DNA of 64,000 nucleotides from Giardia intestinalis (Eukaryota): NCBI GenBank assembly GCA_000002435.2, contig CM018791.1; one strand, 5' to 3'. Shown piece by piece: positions 57,464 to 64,000 of this stretch (position 1 is its first letter; each line of letters starts with the position of its first letter). The notes under the pieces were generated by a model. It saw only the letters and a program-made list of their open reading frames with translations, ran no database searches and was not told where the DNA came from. The position numbers and the translations under genes were made by a program.

Positions 57464-60400
57464 CTAGGAGGCTTCGGGTGGACTACCTGGAGGACCGGGG
57501 CTAGGCAGCACAGTGAGTACCTCATCTAGCTCTGCGCTCGGGCTCCTCACATCATTGCTATCTTCTGGTGCTTTTGACGATGCTTTGAGTGTTCCGGTGG
57601 AGCCCTGCAGATTCGACCTATCCAGGGAACCTGCCCTGTTGACAAATACTTGACTGAAGCTGTCATTCACCGCCTCCGATCTTGAGGCAGATTTGCTTCC
57701 GTCTTGCTCTATCTTTCCGATGTATATCTCCATGTAGTTATTAAGGTCCTCTTCCTCCTCGGCCACCGGCCTACTCCGTTTGGGCGGAGAAGATACTAGC
57801 TCGCCAGATAAGTTGTAGACCCGCGCCGGTGTAATGCCATTAGTCCTCTTTGTAACACCTGGAGATGGCGCTGAAACAGTCGTTACATTTGTTCGAATGG
57901 ATTTAGGAGTTAATTCTTTGTCTGACGCAAACCGTACCTTGTTTGAGACCACTGTTACATCGTCTAATGTCACGGCGTTCCAACCGGGTCCCAAGCTTGC
58001 GTCCATGGATCCGTTGCTAGTTATAAACTCCAGCTGCGTGTCATCCTCTTTCCCGGCTGCTTCAATTATCGCCTTATGCTCATCTCTAGTGTAAACACCT
58101 ACCCGTGAGCCCTTGTACTTCTTTAGAACTGAAAGCATGCTAAAAATCTCTGTCCGGATGCACCGAAGCGCGTTAGCTGCGCTGGTCTGAGTGGCCTTAT
58201 CACCTATAGCTATCAAATAGAGCAGCTTGTCAATGCTTCTTTCCTTGTACATCAGGATAGCGTTCCTCCCCACAGTACTGAGAGCGTGTGCAACATACGC
58301 AGCCGCTCGAAGACACTGAAATTCCTGTAAAGATACTTTTTGAACATGTTCACCGAGACTAACAGGGGTCAAGAACGTGCAGACAGCCGATACGACTCCA
58401 CGTCTTCCGAACTCCACAATAACGTTACCATCTCCGTAGCACTGTCCATACTTTGCATATTCCTGCTGAAATAGATTGAACATCTGCTGCTGCTTGGCAG
58501 AACGTCGTTTGGGATGGCTGCTAGAATCTACCTGAGTATCACTGTCCTGTAAGTTTTGTCTTCCTTGACGGTAAAATGGGGAGCTGAAGCACAAGTTTGC
58601 AACTGCAAGACATACCTGCTCGCGGAACGTAAAGTCATATGAGTCTAATAGTTGAGAGGCTTCCAGGCACAAGAAGCTGAGGTAATCAACGGCCCTATGC
58701 TCCAACAGCACTATGCTATTATCACGCTCTTTAGCAAGCCGCGCAATGACACCACACAGCCATGCACGGGCAGTTCCGTTTGCAACAGTTTTTAGTCCTT
58801 GTATTAAGAGCCCAAAGATACCAGTCACGCTGCGCCCAGCTATAGCGGCAATCTTTGGGTCTTCTAAGACCCCAGTTAACGCCTCGGCAGCACTGGCCAC
58901 TATGGCGGCTTTGGCTAGTTTTCCATAGTCTTCTTCCAAGGCAGAGTTTTCAATGCACCGTTTCAGCACAGTGAAAAGGACGTCTAGCGAACCTATTTCA
59001 TATAAAATCTTGGCAATCTCGGGGTGCTTAGCAAGATTTGCCAAGCACTGGCAGGCCCACCGAATAACACAGGGATTACAGCTCCCAGTAAGACCAAGAA
59101 GGGTCCGAAGCATCTGGTTACTCTTCTTGAGAATAGGCACAATGTGCTCTGATGGGCATATGTTTGCAAGAGCATGCAAAAGCCACGACGTTAGATTGCT
59201 CCAGGTAGAGAGGGGCACTTCGTCATTAAGGGAAGTAGCGCCATTGTCTCTATGTCCTGAAGTCGACGCACTCAATAAGCTGGGGCCTTTTGTGAGTGCC
59301 CGGTCAGTGCCAGCTTTAGATGCACTAGACGGGGCGTCAAGCTGGTTGCCCTGCTGATTGAAGAGATCAGAACTGACGTTTTCCTTGAGCTTAAATAAAC
59401 GCGTACGCGGGTTACGCCTCACTTCTCTGCACTGGCCCGGGGCCACGTTAGAAGGGGGTGGTCCAGGTTCTTCCACTTCTATCCCGCAGCTGTCTAACAG
59501 CTCCTGAATATGAACCAGCACTTTGTTATTGATTAGCTCCTTTGCTATCATGTGATTCATCGAGAATATACTTGCCTCCGCAGTGTCAGGGTCCCCATCG
59601 TGAACACATGGCTTGGAGCTGATGCCAACTATGACCTGGCACGCTGCAAGTAGCGTGTTATTGTCGTTGACGGTCAACATGTTTATGAGGGGCTGGATGC
59701 CACCAGATGTTGTGACAACCACATCGCCACCGGGAACGTTCGCTACCTTCGCTAGCACCAGTGCAGCAGCCCGAAGAAACTGAGTAGATGCAGCTGGAAG
59801 GATCATGGAGCAGATGCGAGAAATAGAGTTTGCGGCGTGTATAAGCTCCTGCAGAACAGCCTGGTTGTTGTACTGTACCATTTTGCTGAGGCATAAGACG
59901 CATGGCTCATATATCTCCACGTCTATATAATCTAAGAGGGTGCAGAGAATGGAGACCAGTCCGTTTGTCCTAAGCTGATTACGCGCGGAAGCAGAGGAGC
60001 ACAGGTTGCAAACCATGTATATCATGGCAGATACCTCTTGTATAATGGCAGGCTCAACGGTTTTGTTTGGCTTCAGTTGATTGGTGAAAATGTTGCCGGT
60101 GAAAAGAAGAGGAATGGCTGCAGACAGGCGCTTAACCACGCTGGCAGGACCTTCCAGGTAGTGGAAGACCCGCCGGGGAAGTGCACACAAGAAAAGCTCG
60201 GTTAAAATTTGCATTGCACGGACCCGGATATCCGGTTCCACCTGCTGGTTTAAAAGAATAGAGAGGTAGATAGGGACACCAGCATCTAGCGTGACATAAT
60301 TATAATCGTCATAGTTTATAGAACGGGGATCTGTTCGCCGCTGGTAGGCCGCCTTGTTGTATTGCTCTGGGGTTTGTGACACAGGCCCGGCAAAAAGAAC

Positions 60401-60787
60401 GCGGGACACATCATCATATTGCACAAGCTTTTTAATAAGCCCAAGACACTCCGAGAGAATCAAAGCGGTTATGTGAAGGGGAGCATGGCCCAAGTCGGCT
60501 TGCCGGTTGAGAGTCAGCAGAGAGATGAGGGCCTGATGCCCGCCAACCTGATAAAAAAGTGATCTGCTGCGTTCTGTACTGAAATCGGCGCTATGCAGAG
60601 TGCTAAGGGCAAGCATGATGGAGTTTGGACTGCCCGTAGAGATTGCTTGCACATGTTTTTCAAAGAGGTTGACGCCTGTCTTAAACGAGATCGTCTCCTC
60701 GGGGACATCAGGATCCGAATCAGATAGGGGAAAGGTCATCTGTGGATGGGACAGAACTGCCCAGAATTTTGCATTCCATATTTCCAT
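57464..60787 (-). CDS. Large hypothetical protein (1107 aa), armadillo/HEAT-like helical repeats.
   Basis: Long ATG ORF. Repetitive amphipathic helical segments. No catalytic motif seen. Confidence 0.5.
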   Translation of the reverse strand: MEIWNAKFWAVLSHPQMTFPLSDSDPDVPEETISFKTGVNLFEKHVQAISTGSPNSIMLALSTLHSADFSTERSRSLFYQVGGHQALISLLTLNRQADLGHAPLHITALILSECLGLIKKLVQYDDVSRVLFAGPVSQTPEQYNKAAYQRRTDPRSINYDDYNYVTLDAGVPIYLSILLNQQVEPDIRVRAMQILTELFLCALPRRVFHYLEGPASVVKRLSAAIPLLFTGNIFTNQLKPNKTVEPAIIQEVSAMIYMVCNLCSSASARNQLRTNGLVSILCTLLDYIDVEIYEPCVLCLSKMVQYNNQAVLQELIHAANSISRICSMILPAASTQFLRAAALVLAKVANVPGGDVVVTTSGGIQPLINMLTVNDNNTLLAACQVIVGISSKPCVHDGDPDTAEASIFSMNHMIAKELINNKVLVHIQELLDSCGIEVEEPGPPPSNVAPGQCREVRRNPRTRLFKLKENVSSDLFNQQGNQLDAPSSASKAGTDRALTKGPSLLSASTSGHRDNGATSLNDEVPLSTWSNLTSWLLHALANICPSEHIVPILKKSNQMLRTLLGLTGSCNPCVIRWACQCLANLAKHPEIAKILYEIGSLDVLFTVLKRCIENSALEEDYGKLAKAAIVASAAEALTGVLEDPKIAAIAGRSVTGIFGLLIQGLKTVANGTARAWLCGVIARLAKERDNSIVLLEHRAVDYLSFLCLEASQLLDSYDFTFREQVCLAVANLCFSSPFYRQGRQNLQDSDTQVDSSSHPKRRSAKQQQMFNLFQQEYAKYGQCYGDGNVIVEFGRRGVVSAVCTFLTPVSLGEHVQKVSLQEFQCLRAAAYVAHALSTVGRNAILMYKERSIDKLLYLIAIGDKATQTSAANALRCIRTEIFSMLSVLKKYKGSRVGVYTRDEHKAIIEAAGKEDDTQLEFITSNGSMDASLGPGWNAVTLDDVTVVSNKVRFASDKELTPKSIRTNVTTVSAPSPGVTKRTNGITPARVYNLSGELVSSPPKRSRPVAEEEEDLNNYMEIYIGKIEQDGSKSASRSEAVNDSFSQVFVNRAGSLDRSNLQGSTGTLKASSKAPEDSNDVRSPSAELDEVLTVLPSPGPPGSPPEAS

Positions 60788-60880
60788 TTAGTATTTGCCA
60801 TTTGACTTATAATTTTACAAAGCTGCAAAAACCAATTTTGCTTGGCGGATAGTCGGCCTTGCCAAAAATCCAAAAATAAG

Positions 60881-63505
60881 ATGTCCATCGGTCGCGCCAT
60901 CAACGCTCGCTTTCCCGAGTCTCAGTCCGGGTACACACGAGCTACAGGGCCAGAGTTTGCCTTCCAGGCGGATCCCATCCGCAGGCAGCAAACGACCTCT
61001 GAGGCTGTGGCTCGCGATCTCGATCCGAATGTAATGCGTCTGGATACAGAGTACAACGATCAGTACTGCGGTCCGAGTGGCATGATTCCAGATGCAACGA
61101 TTAAGCAATGTTTCACAAATCCTTACACGGGACTTCCGTGCGGCAGTCAAATGCTAAGCACGGGGCAGGTATACAATACCCAAAACTTCCCGCATGTAGG
61201 AGTTACTGATCCTAACCTACCCACTACGGAGGGTGCACCGCGTGTACTAATCCCGGGCTCCCAACCGGGAAGTAACGAAGGAACTAGAGCAATCTATAAT
61301 CAGGATATCCCTAAGACATATGAGTTCAACCCGGATCAGTCCTTTGGGCGGCGAACTGGCGCTGCCCTCCCAGTCACAGGCTCGGGTCGCTTGGATGGCT
61401 TGCAGCGCACAGGGAATTTGGGTGTCAGCATGAGCCGGACGGAAGTGTTGGCCAGAACGATGAGTACGACCCAGCCGGAGCTGGCGGCTTCATTTAGAGC
61501 ATCTCAGGGAATCATTCCTGGAAGCGTTGGTGACCTCGAGCAGATGAAGGAGCAGGGTGTTGTAGGCATGGGAAATAACCAATATCCTGAATGGCATGCG
61601 CCAGAGTGTGATCAGCAGGCCTATTGCATGAGTCAATCTATGAAGCATGGGGCGTGCCCGCAGAAATGTACCAACAGAGAGATTATTCCTGGCTCGCAAC
61701 CAGGGAGCAATGAGGGAACAAGGGCGCTCTGTGGTACTGGAACAGGGAGAACCATCCCATTCAATCGTACTGGTATAAGCACCATTGGGGGCGCCAAACG
61801 GCTATACCAGACTGGTCAGATAGCTTCAGGAGCCACGCCAATGAATCAAACACTGGACGGGACTATGCTGCCTGCTACTCTGAGTAAGAGCATGAACCTA
61901 TCCCAACTCAACAAAAGTGGTGCTGTCCCAGAGCTTCCTGCTATCAAATCTCCTATTGGCTCGTCAAGGGTTCCAGCCAAGGCATCGTCAACTCAAGATC
62001 GCCGAGAAGAAGCTCAGGCTGAGATCCAAGCCGCGCTGCAGTTTGGACAGCAATTGGAGAATCCTCAGTGCACAGCGGACATCCCTCAGGCAGTCTCTGA
62101 TGTAGCCCATAATGTTGTTAATTCGGCGCAGGTCTTCCAACCTCCTCCTCAACAGGAAAACCAGGAGCAAGGCCAAGATTATGTGCAGCATGTAGCTCAT
62201 GAAGCCATGGCACGATCTCACCCTAACCCTACCACACTGGCAGGAACGGCATCGTCTACAGCTCTGGCTCATGACAACCTTTACTCTTCAGTCAAAAACC
62301 CATCTCCAGAGTATGATACTGGGCTGCCAACAAATAACGTCAACGAGGGGGCCTTCAACAGAACCGCAACGCCTTCATCTATAACAACCACCACCCGACC
62401 CAACTCTATTCCTGGCGTAACCCGCCTGCCAGGGCCTAGCGGTGACGCTGTTGCTTCCTCAGATTCGATAAACGAACGAGGTTTCAACGAGCCGCCCATG
62501 GCTGGGACAAACGTCTATGCAAACACAGTCAACTCTCAGCAGCTTTATCAGCCGCAGAACCTGGCGTACAATCCATCACACTCGTACTCTGCGTTCTCAA
62601 ATAATCCATCATTCCCGTCATCGAGTCGTTGCTGCACAAGGACTACCAACGGATGCATTCCTCCTGGCGGCTGTCAGTGTGGAATTGCATCATCAAGAAC
62701 GCGCTGGGACGCAGCAAAGACCATGGGAATTACCGAAGCAGGTGTGGAGTATGTCAAGCCACCCCACACTACATTTTGCGATGCCCCTGTGGCTCGGAAC
62801 TTTCTAGGTGCTCAGAGACACCAGTATCCACATACCGCGTCGAATGGAGCATACACTAACACGGCTGAAATGGCGGCAGCAGGATTTTGCGATAAGAGCC
62901 TCTGTCAAACAACCAGGATGTATTCTAAGGGTGGCGGAGCTCCTTCATACAAGACCCTTAATGCATACATTCCAGCATATTCTGCATACAGGAGGCCATG
63001 GCCAGGTAACTACAATGAGAAGTTCTCCTCAGGCGCAGTCGGACTAGGGAACACGCAGACCGGCGAGCCTCACAAGGTAACAGACGAGACTGCCTCATCG
63101 AAGGAATCCGGCTTTGTCGAGAATTGTAAGTTTGACACCAAACCATTTAATTTCATCCCTGGAGAGAGACCAATAGGATTTACAGAGACCTTTGCCCCGG
63201 AGGAGGGCAATAAGGTAGGAGGAGGCGGTAATGCCCCAGAAAACCCTAACGAATTCCTGACTACACACAACGATCACTTTAGGGCAATCTACGAACCACA
63301 GTACGGAAAGCTGCACCAAAATAAGAACGATGGTCAGGTTCCCCCAGAGGGCAGTACTACCGATGGGAGATTTAGTGGGCTTCTGTCATCGAGCAAGATA
63401 AAGGCCAACGTCACATTTAAGCCTGGACGCGAGCCCATCAACGGGACAGCCACAGGCCCACGTAGATGCACGTGCTACGATAGGGTCAATAATGTGTGGA
63501 TGTAA
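60881..63505 (+). CDS. Hypothetical low-complexity (Pro/Gly/Ser/Thr/Asn-rich) protein with an internally duplicated 14-aa motif IPGSQPGSNEGTRA.
   Basis: First ATG at 60881 (the track ORF starts at an upstream TTG). The motif occurs twice about 140 aa apart. Probably disordered. Confidence 0.5.
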   Translation: MSIGRAINARFPESQSGYTRATGPEFAFQADPIRRQQTTSEAVARDLDPNVMRLDTEYNDQYCGPSGMIPDATIKQCFTNPYTGLPCGSQMLSTGQVYNTQNFPHVGVTDPNLPTTEGAPRVLIPGSQPGSNEGTRAIYNQDIPKTYEFNPDQSFGRRTGAALPVTGSGRLDGLQRTGNLGVSMSRTEVLARTMSTTQPELAASFRASQGIIPGSVGDLEQMKEQGVVGMGNNQYPEWHAPECDQQAYCMSQSMKHGACPQKCTNREIIPGSQPGSNEGTRALCGTGTGRTIPFNRTGISTIGGAKRLYQTGQIASGATPMNQTLDGTMLPATLSKSMNLSQLNKSGAVPELPAIKSPIGSSRVPAKASSTQDRREEAQAEIQAALQFGQQLENPQCTADIPQAVSDVAHNVVNSAQVFQPPPQQENQEQGQDYVQHVAHEAMARSHPNPTTLAGTASSTALAHDNLYSSVKNPSPEYDTGLPTNNVNEGAFNRTATPSSITTTTRPNSIPGVTRLPGPSGDAVASSDSINERGFNEPPMAGTNVYANTVNSQQLYQPQNLAYNPSHSYSAFSNNPSFPSSSRCCTRTTNGCIPPGGCQCGIASSRTRWDAAKTMGITEAGVEYVKPPHTTFCDAPVARNFLGAQRHQYPHTASNGAYTNTAEMAAAGFCDKSLCQTTRMYSKGGGAPSYKTLNAYIPAYSAYRRPWPGNYNEKFSSGAVGLGNTQTGEPHKVTDETASSKESGFVENCKFDTKPFNFIPGERPIGFTETFAPEEGNKVGGGGNAPENPNEFLTTHNDHFRAIYEPQYGKLHQNKNDGQVPPEGSTTDGRFSGLLSSSKIKANVTFKPGREPINGTATGPRRCTCYDRVNNVWM

Positions 63506-63518
63506 ATCGAGTAGTTGT

Positions 63519-63956
63519 TTATTCTTCCATAGCGCTGATCTTTGCGATGCGCGCCGCGTGTCGGCCGCCCTCAAAGTTCGTGCTAAGGAATCGTGAGAGA
63601 ATGGATGCAGCAACTTCCGGTCCAGTGGTTCGGCCGCCAAGAGCAAGCGCGTTTGCATTGTTGTGCTTTCTTGCCATTTCCGCATCATATTCCGTAGAGC
63701 ATAAAGCACAGCGAATCCCCTTCATCTTGTTGGCTGCTATACTTATCCCTATGCCTGTTCCGCAGACTAGAATGCAGCAGTCAGCCCTGCCGGAGGTGAC
63801 GGCTTCACAGCCAATTTTGGCAAAGTCAGGATAGTCCACTGAAGCATCGCTCTCTGTGCCCAGATCCATCACTTCATAACCGTGTGCACTTGCACGCTGC
63901 TGCAGGAACATGCGAAGGTCCCTACCACCGTGATCAGAAGCAAAGGCAACCTTCAT
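63519..63956 (-). CDS. RPIB: Ribose-5-phosphate isomerase B (RpiB/LacAB family).
   Basis: MKVAFASDHGG…CILVCGTGIGISIAANK…ALALGGR are characteristic RpiB motifs. Start set at the Met of MKVAF rather than the track's upstream alternative start (coordinate ±1). Confidence 0.85.
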   Translation of the reverse strand: MKVAFASDHGGRDLRMFLQQRASAHGYEVMDLGTESDASVDYPDFAKIGCEAVTSGRADCCILVCGTGIGISIAANKMKGIRCALCSTEYDAEMARKHNNANALALGGRTTGPEVAASILSRFLSTNFEGGRHAARIAKISAMEE

Positions 63957-64000
63957 ACTTTTGTTCACTGAACAGGGCCAAGAAAGCTTACTCAACGCAA

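Noticed and set aside
1-64000. Prokaryote-style annotations (operons, Shine-Dalgarno sites, sigma-70 promoters, rho-independent terminators, mobile elements/IS)
   Set aside because: Sequence features identify a Giardia nuclear locus. Transcription units are monocistronic with AT-rich initiators and AGTRAAY poly(A) signals. I saw no transposase, integrase or inverted-repeat-bounded element.

Overview
This window reads as a nuclear chromosome segment of Giardia intestinalis (G. lamblia), a eukaryotic diplomonad, not a prokaryote. Evidence for that identification: (i) two VSP-type genes with CXXC-rich repeats, a C-terminal TM helix and the diagnostic VSP tail (…[17 protein letters not shown]); (ii) NEK-like kinase/ankyrin '21.1'-type proteins; (iii) high-cysteine membrane proteins (HCMPs) with EGF/furin-like repeats; (iv) ornithine carbamoyltransferase of the arginine dihydrolase pathway; (v) intron-less, tightly packed genes with short AT-rich initiators directly at the ATG and AGTRAAY polyadenylation motifs just after stop codons. 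All family calls rest on motif recognition without database searches. I find about 38 protein-coding genes, no rRNA, and no tRNA that I could support. The provided ORF track uses alternative start codons (GTG/TTG), so several starts were moved to the first ATG. Notable content: a 1487-aa VSP made almost entirely of 35 perfectly identical 120-bp (40-aa) tandem repeats; a 5'-partial VSP whose CRGKA tail is destroyed by a nonsense codon; a NEK-like/ankyrin gene interrupted by an in-frame TAG and lacking its N-lobe; a roughly 2-kb GC-rich island (about 70-80% GC); two tandem paralogous polycysteine multi-pass membrane protein genes with gene-conversion tracts that share an identical 14-nt initiator with an HCMP gene; three SNARE genes; and two non-oxidative pentose-phosphate enzymes (RPE, RpiB). 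Prokaryote-style features (operons, CRISPR, RBS, intrinsic terminators) do not apply.
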